From positions 30,566,001 to 30,630,000 of the forward strand of contig OX597839.1 in NCBI GenBank assembly GCA_951406725.2: a DNA stretch of 64,000 nt, written 5' to 3'. The position numbers and the translations under genes are program-made. The notes beneath the pieces were generated by a model. That model was not told the DNA's origin. It ran no database searches and saw only the letters and a list, made by a program, of their open reading frames with translations. How positions within the stretch are numbered: position 1 is the first letter of the stretch; the number at the start of each line of letters is the position of its first letter. The DNA comes from Octopus vulgaris. Lineage: Eukaryota. Of this stretch, positions 28,120 to 40,930 are shown in pieces.

Positions 28120-28783
28120 TACATACATACATACATACATACATACATACATACATACATACATACATGCATGCTATAGAATTTAATTGAAAATAAGACA
28201 TACAAACTGCTGCATCTGTGTGTTCCATCGGAGCCAGTCAAGAAGAAGAAAAATAATTATTTCTTCATTAAAATAAGAAACTTTTATTGGAGACATGTAA
28301 CGTCAGGTCGCCCTGTCGTCGATGACTTGTGATCCGGAATCCCTTGATGAGTTTTGGGAGAGAAGTGAAAGCAAGTTCCAAACGGTGATTTCCATAATTT
28401 CAGACACTTCGCAATTTGGACAGAAACCGGTAACGGATGGATATCAAAGCATGACTGATGTGGTGAACGAAGAATTGTGAAGACACGGAATAATTTGAAC
28501 AGAAACAGAACAAAAATGGATAAAAAGAAACAGATTTGGAATAATTTATCGACAGATAAGATTAAGGTGAATAATCCGAAGAGTGACGTATGAATACAAA
28601 TATTTTGAAGAATTTGAAGAATTCATTTAAAAAGGCGAAATAAACTCTTGTCCACATCGTTTTGGTAGAATAATTCTTCAAGATATACAAATAGAACAAT
28701 ATGTTTAAATAGGCATAAAAATTGATATGACCGCTTTGAATACACACGCATATTTACCTCTTCATATATATATGTATGTTTGC

Positions 28784-28834
<51 letters not shown>

Positions 28835-29180
28835 AATAATAATAATTTTATTTATTATAGTAGGAGAAATAGCTAAATTCTTTGGCTGATATTTCTAAAA
28901 GTTCGGTGTGTGGTAAAGCAAATTTTTTTAGCTGAACCCTAATTATATAAAGTATACATACGTGTGTGTATATATATATATGTATATATATAAATATGTA
29001 TATATATATAAATATGTATATATATATATGTATATATATATGCATATATATATATGTATATATATAAATATGTATATATATATGCATATATATAGATGTA
29101 TATATATATATGCATATATATATATATGTATATATATATGCATATATATATATGTATATATATAAATATGTATATATATA

Positions 29181-29221
<41 letters not shown>

Positions 29222-29230
29222 ATATACATA

Positions 29231-29646
29231 GGCACAGGAGTGGCTTTGTGGTAAGTAGCTTGCTAACCAACCACATGGTTCCGGGTTCAGTCCCACTGCG
29301 TGGCATCTTGGGCAAGTGTCTTCTGCTATAGCCCCGGGCCGACTAATGCCTTGTGAGTGGATTTGGTAGACGGAAACTGAAAGAAGCCTGTCGTATATAT
29401 GTATATGTATGTATAAGTGTGTGTGTATATGTTTGTGTGTCTGTGTTTGTCCCCCTAGCATTGCTTGACAACCGATGCCGGTGTGTTTACGTCCACGTCA
29501 CTTAGCGGTTCGGCAAAAAAGACCGATAGAATAAGTACTGGGCTTACAAAGAATAAGTCCCGGGGTCGATTTGCTCGACTAAAGGCGGTGCTCCAGCATG
29601 GCCGCAGTCAAATGACTGAAACAAGAAAAAGAGAAAGAGTAAAGAG
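29231..29646 (+). mobile_element. SINE family A, full length
   Basis: GGCACAGGAGTGGCTTTGTGGTAAG head through GGCGGTGCTCCAGCATGGCCGCAGTCAAATGACTGAAAC tail and (AAAGAG)-type repeats. Confidence 0.95.
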
Positions 29647-29930
29647 TAATATATGCATATATCTATATATATATATGTATATATCTATATATATATATAT
29701 GTATATATATGTATATATATGTATATATCTATATATATGTATATATCTATATATATATGTATATATCTATATATATGTATATATCTATATATATGTATAT
29801 ATCTATATATATGTATATATCTATATATATGTATATATCTATATATATGTATATATCTATATATATGTATATATCTATATATATGTATATATCTATATAT
29901 ATGTATATATATATCTCTATATATATATAT

Positions 29931-30348
29931 TACTCTTTACTCTTTTACTCTTTTATTTGTTTCAGTAATTTCACTGCGGCCATGCTGGAGCACCGTCATT
30001 AGTCGAGCAAATCGACCCCAGGACTTATTCTTTTGTAAGCCCAGTACTTATTCTATCGGTCTCTTTTGCCGAACCGCTAAGTTACGGGGACATAAACACA
30101 CCAGCATCGGTTGTCAAACAATGCTAGAGGGACAAACAAAGACATACAAACACACACACATATATATATACATATATACGACGGGCTTCTTTCAGTTTCC
30201 GTCTTTCAGTTTCCAAATCCACTCACAAGGCTTTGGTCGGCCCGAGGCTATAGTAGAAGACACTTGCCCAAGATGCCACGCAGTGGGACTGAACCCGGAA
30301 CCATGTGGTTGGTAAACAAGCTACTTACCACACAGCCACTCCTGCGCC
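29931..30348 (-). mobile_element. SINE family A, full length
   Basis: Reverse-complement homolog of 29231-29646. Confidence 0.95.
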
Positions 30349-30349
30349 T

Positions 30350-30596
30350 ATATGTATATATCTATATATATATGTATATATCTATATATCTATATATATA
30401 TATGTATATATATATGTATATATCTATATATCTATATATATATATGTATATATCTATATATATATCTATATATATATATATATATATGTATATATCTATA
30501 TATATATATGTATATCTCTCTCTCTTTCTCTCTCTCTCTCTATATATATATATATGTATATATCTATGTATATATATAAATGTATATATCTATATA

Positions 30597-30640
<44 letters not shown>

Positions 30641-31035
30641 ATGTATATATGTATGTATGTATGTATATATGTATGTATGTATGTATATATGTATGTACGT
30701 ATGTATATATGTATCTATGTATGTATATATTTATGTATATATATATGCATATATATATGCTTATATATATGCATGTATGTATATATATGCATGTATATAT
30801 ATGCATGTATGTATATATATGCATGTATGTATATATATGCATGTATGTATATATATGCATGTATATATATATGCATGTATGTATATATATATATCTATCA
30901 AATGAATATCAAAGTATCAAAGTATATATATGCATATATGTATGTATATATGTGTATGTATCTATGTATATATATGTGTATGTATCTATGAATATATATG
31001 TATGTATCTATGCATATATATGTATGTATCTATGC

Positions 31036-31071
<36 letters not shown>

Positions 31072-31421
31072 TCATATATATATATGCATATATATATGTA
31101 TATATATATATATATATATGCACATATATATATATGCACATATATATATATATTATGCATATATATCTATTCATATATATATATGCATATATATATACAT
31201 ATATATATATGTATCTATGTATATATATATATATATATCATATATATATATATTCATATATATATATGCACACATATATATATATTATGCATATATATAT
31301 ATGCATATATATATATGCATATATATGTATGTATATATATATGCATATATATGTATGTATATATATATGCATATATATATATGCATATATATATATGCAT
31401 ATATATGTATGTATATATATA

Positions 31422-31483
<62 letters not shown>

Positions 31484-31495
31484 AACACATACACA
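30350..31495. repeat. Degenerate (TA)n/(TATG)n/(TGCATA)n low-complexity tract
   Basis: Directly visible. Confidence 0.95.
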
Positions 31496-32142
31496 CAAAA
31501 GGAATTTACTTGTTGCTGTTGTCTTTACCCTGGGCTCAAATCACGTCGAATTTATCATTGTTTTTCATCGTTTCCTGAAAAGTACTCTTCCATCACCATC
31601 ATCCTCTGCCCCACCGCCTACAACGTCATCCTTATATTCACACACACAAATTCATATTTAATTATCAATCAATAACTTCGCTTTTTTCTTTATTATTATT
31701 ATTTTAAAATTCTGAATGATTCTATCAAACATTTTCCTTCTAAACCTCCCCCAATAGTTTCTTCCTTATATTACTGCTTTCGAATTTGTCCATTAAATTC
31801 CATCTCTAGTTTTTTTTTTTCTCCGTTCGTTTCCGCACGGCCGCCGTCAATCTAGTGATTATCTTCACACCACGCCACGTTTCCACAAAGAGACTTTCCC
31901 CTCCTCCCTCCCTCCGTCCATCTCTCTCTCTCTCTCTCTCTCTCCCTCTCACACACACACACACACACACACACATTTGTGTTATTCTTAATTTCTCAAG
32001 TCATTTTGAATAAGCAAAAGTGGAAAGTTGTTAAATGTGTAAAGTTTTCAACCAAAATCTTTGTCTATCTGATATTCTCTCTCTCTCTCTCTAGCGATGG
32101 TGGGGGCACAAACACACACACACACACACACACACACGCACC

Positions 32143-32468
32143 TTTTATTCTTTTACTTGTCCCAGTCACTTTGACTGCGGTCATGCTGGAGTATCGCCTT
32201 AAAAGGTTTTTAGTAGAAGCCATCGACCCCAGGTCTTATTCTTTGTAAGCTTAGTACTTATTCCATTGGATTTATTTTGTTAAACCGCTAAGTTAGGGGA
32301 CGTTACCAAACGATGGCAGGTGGGGGGGACACACAAAAACATACACACAAACACACACTCATATGACAGGCTTCTTTCAGTTTCCGTCTACCAAATCCAT
32401 TCACAAGGCTTTGGTCAGCTCGAGGCTATTGTAGAAGACACTTGCCCAAGGTGCCACGCGGTGGGACT
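32143..32468 (-). mobile_element. SINE family A, 5'-truncated and diverged
   Basis: Homology to family A body and tail. Confidence 0.85.
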
Positions 32469-32849
32469 ATATGTATTTATCTACACATATATACACGCAA
32501 ATATTTATTCGGTAAGTTTTGAGGAAGGGGCAGCGCCCTTGATAAGCTGCAGACCCTCCAAGACAGGTGAGCTTGTTGCCATTTATGTTGCAAATCAATG
32601 CTTGATGAAAAGATATGAGCCAGGAGGAGGAGGTTCTTGAGGGATAATGTTATGGGAGAAGAACTGGGCTAGTGGTTAGTGTGGGGCCGGTGGCAGGAGT
32701 GGGGGAATTGATGAGTCCAGAGGAGGAAGTGGAGGAGGAGGACAGCTGAGTGAGTCGGGGAGCTCCTGAACAACAACGGTTGTTGTAGAAGTGGTAGAAT
32801 AGAGAGAGAGAGGGGGTGGGGATAGCACGTCAGTGGACTTGAAACTGGG

Positions 32850-33050
32850 GTATGTCACCCATAAGTGATTAAATACCGATCAGTTGAGTGGCTCTTCTCT
32901 GGATGCAATGCAGGACGTCTGTGAATGCCGCAGCAGGGCCATAGCAGAGGTGAAAGGAGCAGAACTCCTTTCTAGGCCATATTTAGACCGTGGATATTCC
33001 AAGTGGTGTCTGTATGAGTCGCTACTCGAATCTGTTCCTTTTTGGTACTT
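32850..33050 (-). mobile_element. Highly decayed LINE (CR1/Jockey-group) RT C-terminal remnant
   Basis: LEY...LHCIQRRATQLIG motif on minus strand. Confidence 0.4.
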
Positions 33051-33726
33051 AGGAAAGAGAGAGAGAGAGAGAGAGAGTAAGACGGAAAGAGACAGAGATG
33101 ACATGATATTTGAAGCTTACTTATAAAATACACCGATTGAGTCCACTTGGTCAAAATGTGGATGACTTGGCGAGAGTCACGCACTCTACATATCGGCGTA
33201 TAAAGATATAACAAGGATAAAACTACACACGAAGCAAGGAGCACTTGATATTACCCCCCCACACACACACTTTCCTCACCAAAGAAGCCGGTTTACTCGC
33301 CGACGACCGTGTAACAGGTTGTATTCGGTTACATGTCCCTAGGTGATCCGACATATGGCCATTCAATGAAAATCTACAGATGTGTGTATGTTTAATGGCA
33401 TGCCTTTACTTATTCAAATGCAACATGGAAGAAATAAGTAACCTTCGACCCCACAACTTCAAAGTTGGTGCTAGCAATCAGCAGTGTAGACCACCTGGTT
33501 CAGGTGTCAACATTCTGGCCTGATTTGCTAAAAGCCATGCTGCAGGGCAAAAACCTAGAATGATGTTTTATGGTCGGGAGACACACCAAGTTAGATGGGA
33601 CTGCCAAGTCTGGAGATCCTTTCAGATAATTTGGCAATTTCTGGCATTCTCATCACGAGCTCAATAGTCTTGACTGTATCTTGTCAGTACATGTGTGTGT
33701 GTGTGTGCGCGTGCGTAAATACATAT

Positions 33727-33996
33727 ATCTTTTATTTGTTTCAGCCATTAGACTGTAGCCGTGCTGGAGCACCGACTTGGAGGATTTTAGCCGAAGGAAG
33801 CTACCCCGGCACTTTTCTTCACACACAAACACACATATGCGAAAGGATTCTTTCAGTTTCCGTCTACACCCAATCCACACGCAAGGTTATGGTCGGCCCG
33901 GCACTATAGGATAAGACACTTCTCCAAGGTGCCACGCAATGGGACTGAACCCAGAACACCATGTAGTTGAGAATCAAACTTTTTAGTACATAGCCA
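33727..33996 (-). mobile_element. SINE family A, diverged
   Basis: TTCTTTCAGTTTCCGTCTAC...GGGACTGAACCCAGAAC. Confidence 0.8.
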
Positions 33997-34116
33997 TATG
34001 CATATATATGTGTGTGTGTGTGTGTGTGTGTTGTTTGTTTGTTGTTTGTTCCTTCTCGAGTCGTACCTGTTTCATAAAGGCCAGTTTCCCGGTTTCATTG
34101 ATGTTTAGGTTCCCTA

Positions 34117-34556
34117 CGAGAGTTCCGGACCCCAGTAATGAACTCATTTGCATACAGCCAATCAGAGCTCACCTTGATCTTGTTGTCAAGTTAACAAACA
34201 CACCAAGTAAACTCAAGATGAAGAACGCTGCTGTAAGTCGACCGATCGCCGAGTTTAGAAGGAGACAAGTAATTAGATAGATTTGCATCTGTATTTATTA
34301 TCGGATTTTGTTTAGGGCTCCATATGGGGAAAATGTGGGTAGAGGGTGATGTGCTAGTGACCCTCTCCCCTCACAACAACACAAACAACTACGCAGAGGC
34401 AGCCATTATTGAAAGTGTAATGAAGTTTGGTCAGTCCTTACCCAAGTGACCTCATCTTACCGCAAATCACTTGTTATGCGCTCATAAATTATTTTGATAG
34501 TTGAGCTCGGATTGGCTGTATGCAAATGAGTTCATAACTGGGGTCCGGAACTCTCG
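34117..34556. mobile_element. MITE with 55-bp terminal inverted repeats (Tc1/mariner-like)
   Basis: CGAGAGTTCCGGACCCCAGTAATGAACTCATTTGCATACAGCCAATCAGAGCTCA at 34117-34171 vs reverse complement at 34502-34556 (2 mismatches); flanks TA (left) and TG (right). Confidence 0.75.
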
Positions 34557-34559
34557 TGG

Positions 34560-34950
34560 AAAATACTTGAAGGCCTTGTACCGGACTTTGGCATTGAAAG
34601 TTACTCAATTGGCACTACTGCATAGTGCCAAAGATCCCATCATCGCCATCAAAATACAGATACTGCAACAGCTTAGGTTTGAAGAGTCCACAGCTCTTCA
34701 ATATCCTTCCAAAATGCCTGAGAGACCTGCATGGTGTGGATGTAGGTGCCTTCAAAACAAAACTGGATCTCCTCCTGTCAAGGGTTGCAGATATGCCTAC
34801 AACACGGCAGGAAGCACAGATGAGGGCAGCGTCATCTAACTCCCTCATTGACCACATGCCGAATATCAGAGGTTTCAAATAATGGTGTAGATCAGTCAAC
34901 TGTGGTGCCCCAGCAAGCTCCAGCTTTGATGCTGAAACATTTACAAGAAT
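34560..34950 (+). mobile_element. CR1/L2-group LINE 3' end
   Basis: PQLFNILPKCLRDLHGVDVGAFKTKLDLLLSRVADMP (ORF 34625-34882). Confidence 0.9.
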
Positions 34951-34965
34951 TAAAGATATATTATA

Positions 34966-35016
<51 letters not shown>

Positions 35017-35055
35017 TTATATATAATATATATATATATATATGTATTATATATA

Positions 35056-35106
<51 letters not shown>

Positions 35107-35434
35107 TATATATAACACAATTAGATTTAAATCTAATTTTTATTCGGCATTTTTTTCTCCTCCATTTTTCTATAATTGTTTATGGTATTTTTATACCTAT
35201 AACGATATTTTTCAACTACTATCTTCATATTCTTATTACTTGCTCTGCCTGTTTTTTATGAAGATGATGAATCTTTATTAAAAATCATTCTTTCTCTCTT
35301 TTTGGATCTCTCAAAAAGTTTGAATTGTTCGCTTATGAATTTATTTTCCCCCATATATATATTGATAGAAATGGTAAGACAACAAAAGAATGAAAGACAC
35401 CTCGATATTATGTAAATAGAGGAATTTATCTGTA

Positions 35435-35579
35435 AATATGTGACAATTATTCGGTAGCCATGATAAAACTCCGAGTTTCGGATGTCGGGGCGGAAACTGA
35501 AGAGATGCCGGCGTGGGTTTCTGCCCCGACATCCGAAACTCGGAGTTTTATCATGGCTACCGAATAATTGTTACATATT
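35435..35579. repeat. Foldback inverted repeat, 63-bp arms, 19-nt spacer, overlapping a hammerhead motif
   Basis: 35435-35497 pairs with 35517-35579 (2 mismatches). Confidence 0.92.
35493..35552 (+). ncRNA. Hammerhead ribozyme motif (stem I disrupted by the inversion)
   Basis: CTGAAGA-GATG...CATC-C-GAAAC-TCGGA-GTT-TTATC; second copy at 37683-37743. Confidence 0.6.
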
Positions 35580-35596
35580 ATATTTACATATATATA

Positions 35597-35961
35597 TCTC
35601 TATATATATAAACGGCAAAATGTTTGCGTGCGTATCCTTTATACAAATCCACAATTTTTCAGTTAGAGGGCTCGCACTTTCTGTGGTCATTGAAAACCGT
35701 CCAAGGGTGGTCGTGCACATGTTTACATTTCCCCAGTCACCCCGTAAAGCCATTAAAAAAATCAATAGAAGTGACTTTTTTGTGAATTTTCTATCCAAAA
35801 CCCAATCAAAATGCCCGAAACTTGATACGCCGATTCAATGCCAGCTAGCTGTATGTGATTGGTCGGAGATTTGGACAATACTCACCCGTATGTGCGTACG
35901 CACGCAGCTGTATATGTATGCGCTAGCACTATGACCCGGCGTTGCCGGGTCATAGTGCTAG
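35597..35961 (+). mobile_element. Non-autonomous Helitron
   Basis: A|TCTCTATATATATAAA start; 3' GC hairpin ACCCGGC-GTT-GCCGGGT followed by CTAG|T. Confidence 0.8.
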
Positions 35962-35984
35962 TTATATTTTATTTTATTTATTCT

Positions 35985-36165
35985 ATCTAGTTTCAGCTCA
36001 CGAGCCATTTGGTGTTGCTACATAATTTTACCTCGCGAATGCTTTTTAGCAATTGCCATTTGGTGCATGAGAGAGTTCGATGCAGCTGCCCTCATCTGCA
36101 CCTCTTGCCGTGAAGTTGGTTCATCTGGGACACCTGACAGGAAGAGATCCAGTTTTATTTTAAAG
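35985..36165 (-). mobile_element. CR1/L2-group LINE 3' end
   Basis: [36 protein letters not shown]. Confidence 0.9.
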
Positions 36166-36465
36166 ACATATATATATAACATATATATACATACATATGT
36201 ATATGTATTACATACATAATACATATATATATTATATATGTACATGTATGTATATGTGTATATGCGTATATATATGTGTGTATATATATATATGCGTATA
36301 TGTTTGTGTGCCTATGTTTGTCTCAACACCATCGCTTTTCAACCGATGCTGGTGTGTTTACGTCCGCGAAACTTGGCGACTCGGTAAAAGAAACGGATAG
36401 AATAAGAAGACAAACAATAAGTCGTGGCGTCGATTTGAATTATATTATATATATATATATTTATA

Positions 36466-36670
36466 TACTCTTTTACTCTCTTTTACTCTTTTCAGTCATT
36501 TGACTGCGGCCATGCTGGATCACCGCCTTTAGTCGAGCAAATCGACCCCGGGACTTATTCTTTGTAAGCCCAGTACTTATTCTATCGGTCTCTTTTGCCG
36601 AACCGCTAAGTGACGGGGACGTAAACACACCAGCATCGGTTGTCAAGCAATGTTAGGGGGACAAACACAG

Positions 36671-36743
<73 letters not shown>

Positions 36744-36883
36744 TACGACAGGCTTCTTTCAGTTTCCGTCTATCAAATCCACTCACAAGGCATTGGTCGG
36801 CCCGGGGCTATAGCAGAAGACACTTGCCCAAGATGCCACGCAGTGGGACTGAACCCGGAACTTACCACACGGTCACTCCTGCG

Positions 36884-36885
<2 letters not shown>
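36466..36885 (-). mobile_element. SINE family A, near full length
   Basis: Homology to 29231-29646; a diverged plus-strand 3' half lies at ~36300-36440. Confidence 0.93.
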
Positions 36886-36917
<32 letters not shown>

Positions 36918-37199
36918 ATATATATATATATTATATATAATATGTATATATTATATATAAAATATATATGTATATATATATATATATTATATATGATATA
37001 TATATATATATATTATATATAATATATATATGTATATATAATATATATTGTTTATGATATATATATATGTATATATAATATATATTATATATATATGTAT
37101 ATATAATATATATTATATATATATATATGTATATATAATATATATTATATATATATAATATATATGTATATATAATATATATTATATATAATATATATG

Positions 37200-37248
<49 letters not shown>

Positions 37249-37349
37249 TATCCTATATATATGTATATTGTATATATAATGCCTATATAATATATATATA
37301 TAATGTATATACATATATATACATATTATATATAATGTGTCTATATATG

Positions 37350-37394
<45 letters not shown>

Positions 37395-37469
37395 CATTCG
37401 CCATAAAATAAATCGGAAACCACAAAACCTTTTTCTACCTTCTCTCCCTGTTTATTGTCCTCGTGTTCC

Positions 37470-37503
37470 TTTCTGTCGAAGAGCGTATGCTCGAAACGTA
37501 AAA
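37470..37503 (+). ncRNA. Minimal hammerhead-like motif with A6U core variant
   Basis: TTT-CTGTCGA-A-GAGC(GTAT)GCTC-GAAAC-GTA-AAA. Confidence 0.6.
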
Positions 37504-37620
37504 TACTTTCTCACTTCCCGAGCGTTAAACTAATAAATCTGTTTGTTGTTCACACACCCATCTTGATATAAATAGTATATATATATATATATATATTCTA
37601 TATATAATACATATGTATGT

Positions 37621-37670
<50 letters not shown>

Positions 37671-37682
37671 TTTCGATGGGCC

Positions 37683-37743
37683 GATAACTGAAGAGATTGC
37701 GACGTGGGTTTCCGTCCCGATATCCGAAACTTGGAGTTTTGTC
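37683..37743 (+). ncRNA. Type I hammerhead ribozyme motif
   Basis: GATAA-CTGAAGA-GAT...ATC-C-GAAAC-TTGGA-GTT-TTGTC; stem I GATAA/TTGTC, near-palindromic stem III. Confidence 0.65.
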
Positions 37744-37826
37744 ATGGCTACCGAAAAATTGTCACATATATTTACAGATATTATATATATATATATATAG
37801 CATATGTATATATATTGTTTATTATA

Positions 37827-37881
<55 letters not shown>

Positions 37882-38507
37882 GCATATACATATGTATATA
37901 TATATACACACAAATATATAATATGATTATACATATGTATATATACGCAATATATGTATATATATATATGTATGTAAATATGCATATATATACATATTTA
38001 TATATATGTATATACATATGTATATATATATATATATACATATTTGTGTATATATATATACACATTGTGCACCAGGTTATTAGTCTCGTAATTCCCTAGC
38101 AAAATGTCCATCTGTCTATCTATGTACGTATTTATAACGTATGTGTCTCTATGCATATATATGTAACCGTATACACACGCACATACATATATGTGTGTGT
38201 GTGTGTGTGTGTGTTTCCTCTGCCAGTTTCGTGGAGATTATTTCGTTTTTCAATCACGTCAATGACCACCACGTTGAATATTCCTGAATATTCCATAGAC
38301 ACATGCAAGCTAAACAACAATCCGCGTGTTGCAGCCAGGTACAAGGCATCCGACGGGGTCTACCCCCAGCTAGGGTTCAGGTTAGGTTTAGGGACCACGA
38401 AATAGGATCAAATTCAAAGCATCATGGTTGGGAAGAGAACTTTGTACCCATTCGACCAAACCACCGCCAGACACAGACATAAACATAAATACATATTATG
38501 TACACTA

Positions 38508-38596
<89 letters not shown>

Positions 38597-38734
38597 GCTG
38601 GGGCATCGCCAGTTTCATTGTCTTTGCAATATATTATATATATATATATACAACACACACATGTGTGTATGTGTGTGTGAGTACACATGCAGACATCACA
38701 CATATATATATTCATATTTATATATTTATAGTAC

Positions 38735-38787
<53 letters not shown>

Positions 38788-38926
38788 GGTGTATACATGC
38801 GCAAATAATGTGTGTATATAAATATGTCCATATCTTTGCTACATCCTAAAGGCTTTGATCATGCTGGAGCATCGTCTGATCCATCACCTTTTCAATATAT
38901 ATATAAATACACACACACACACACAC

Positions 38927-38957
<31 letters not shown>

Positions 38958-39981
38958 TGTGTTTGTGTGTATATGTAATTTTTGGAAACAAATACAGATT
39001 CCCAATATATATATTTATTTATACATATATATGTATATACAGAATACACACACACACATATATATATGTTTGTGTAAGTGTGTGTATACACACTTACACA
39101 GATTGACGATCCCTGCTATTGAAGCCAACCGATGCAGTGTTACTAAGTGAGTTAATATAATTGAAGGAACGCCAAATCGTACCTCCCTCCATATTATTGT
39201 AATCCCATTGGTTATTAGCATTCATCTTTCTCTCTCTCTCTACACACACACACATCATACATACATACATACATACATACATACATACATACATACATAC
39301 ATACATACATACGTAGTACCTACCTACCTACCTACTTATCTAACTATCTATCTTATACGATATGTTTTTGTATATATGGAAATACATATGTACATACATA
39401 TACATATATATACATATATAAATATGCATAATATACGCATATACTCGCACAATATATATTTATGAATATGTATAGTATATAAGTGATACAAATTTATATT
39501 TGTACATATGTACATGTAAATATATACAGTATTATTCTCATGAAATTGGATGTGGTTCGCCAGAGTTGGATTATATCAGAGTGCTAATAAGGTACCTGCT
39601 CGGATTCTAAATCCCTATTCTTTACGTTATACAAATATATAGAGTTAGAAATAAATAAATATATATACGAATACATATACATTTGTACATATGCAAAACA
39701 ACTCATGTGTATATATACATGTATAAATAGATGTGCATGTGTGTGTGAGTATGTGTGTATATATATATTTATACATATAAACATATGTATATATATTTAT
39801 ACATATAAACAGATGTATGTTTATATATATATATATATGTATATATGTGTGTGTGTATATGTGTGTCTGAAAAGATACAATTATATTTCATCCTTTAATT
39901 TGGAGGGTTCCAAAAAAGCGATTTCTAATAAAGATTCTTTTTATCTTGCTTCTAGCTTACTGGAAAATATACTTGTATATT

Positions 39982-40105
39982 GTGTGTTATGAGAATTTAT
40001 GGAACGGTATCCCATAGAACTCAACAAATTTTATCATCTTCTCTTCATTTTTAACAAATTTGTTGAGTTCTATAGGATACCGTTCCATAAATTCTCATAA
40101 CACAC
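39982..40105. repeat. Foldback inverted repeat, 50-bp arms (1 mismatch), 24-nt spacer
   Basis: GTGTGTTATGAGAATTTATGGAACGGTATCCCATAGAACTCAACAAATTT pairs with 40056-40105. Confidence 0.93.
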
Positions 40106-40443
40106 TACATATATACATACATGCATACATACATATATATATATATATTTATATACATACGCGCGCGCGCACACACACACACATATATATATATATAACA
40201 ACATCAAATGCGTATTGATAAAATTACATCTTTATTGTAGAATTCACCTTACAAAGCCGACAATAGTTTCTATTGTATCATTCTTAAGAATATTTGGATG
40301 CATTCGTTACAAGGATCTACCTTGGGTGTGTATTCTACTTAGATTTACTAGTGTCTGATTGTTGGATATTGTTAAACAAATTCTTTTAAATTCGAGTGCT
40401 GTATTGATATTTGCCTGGATGTATCAATCTCATTTTTCTTCTG

Positions 40444-40482
<39 letters not shown>

Positions 40483-40686
40483 CAGATATTGGAGTTCAGA
40501 GGATCCAAGACGGTAGGTAAGACTATATTAGTGATACAGGAGGACCGTAGTGAGACTCTCGGTTCGATAATAATACGAGTGAAGAGTCTAAAGTGGGTCT
40601 TGCGTCAGCATGTGTGTGTTAAATAAAATGAGGCAACAAAAGCAAGGCTGTGTGGAATTGATAGGACGTTTATAAAGAGAAAGTTA

Positions 40687-40735
40687 GTCTTACAGCTGTT
40701 TCTGGTATATTAGGGGCATTCCCTTCATCAGAGAC
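40687..40735 (-). ncRNA. Type I minimal hammerhead ribozyme
   Basis: GTCT-CTGATGA-AGG...CCA-GAAAC-AGCT-GTA-AGAC; canonical core, palindromic stem III ACAGCTGT, weak stem II. Confidence 0.75.
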
Positions 40736-40882
40736 GATATGAGAGAATTAACCAGAGGGAAATAGTAGAGTTCAATATAAGGGGCTATTTTGGAAAAGGA
40801 TAGATAAGGGAGGGGTATGTTTTCCCAAAATAACTCCTTATGTTGAATTCTACTATTTCCTTCTAGTTAAGTCTCTCATATC

Positions 40883-40930
40883 GTCTCTGATGAAGAGACA
40901 GCACTAATATTCCAGAAACAACTGTAAGTC
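40883..40930 (+). ncRNA. Type I minimal hammerhead ribozyme (diverged twin)
   Basis: GTCT-CTGATGA-AGAGACAGCACTAATATTCCA-GAAAC-AACT-GTA-AGTC. Confidence 0.65.

Noticed and set aside
28301-28480. 59-codon open frame in unique sequence (RQVALSSMTCDPESLDEFWER...)
   Set aside because: No recognisable homology and no convincing splice signals
29231-29310. tRNA-like sequence with A and B boxes
   Set aside because: It is the head of a multi-copy SINE and lacks a complete cloverleaf; not a tRNA gene
38233-38385. Possible plus-strand exon after TTCCTCTGCCAG
   Set aside because: Weak donors, no recognisable peptide, opposite strand to the other exon candidate
40255-40300. Minus-strand CTTAAGA...GAAAC-TATT-GTC hammerhead-like string
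   Set aside because: G5 mutated and stems I and II do not pair
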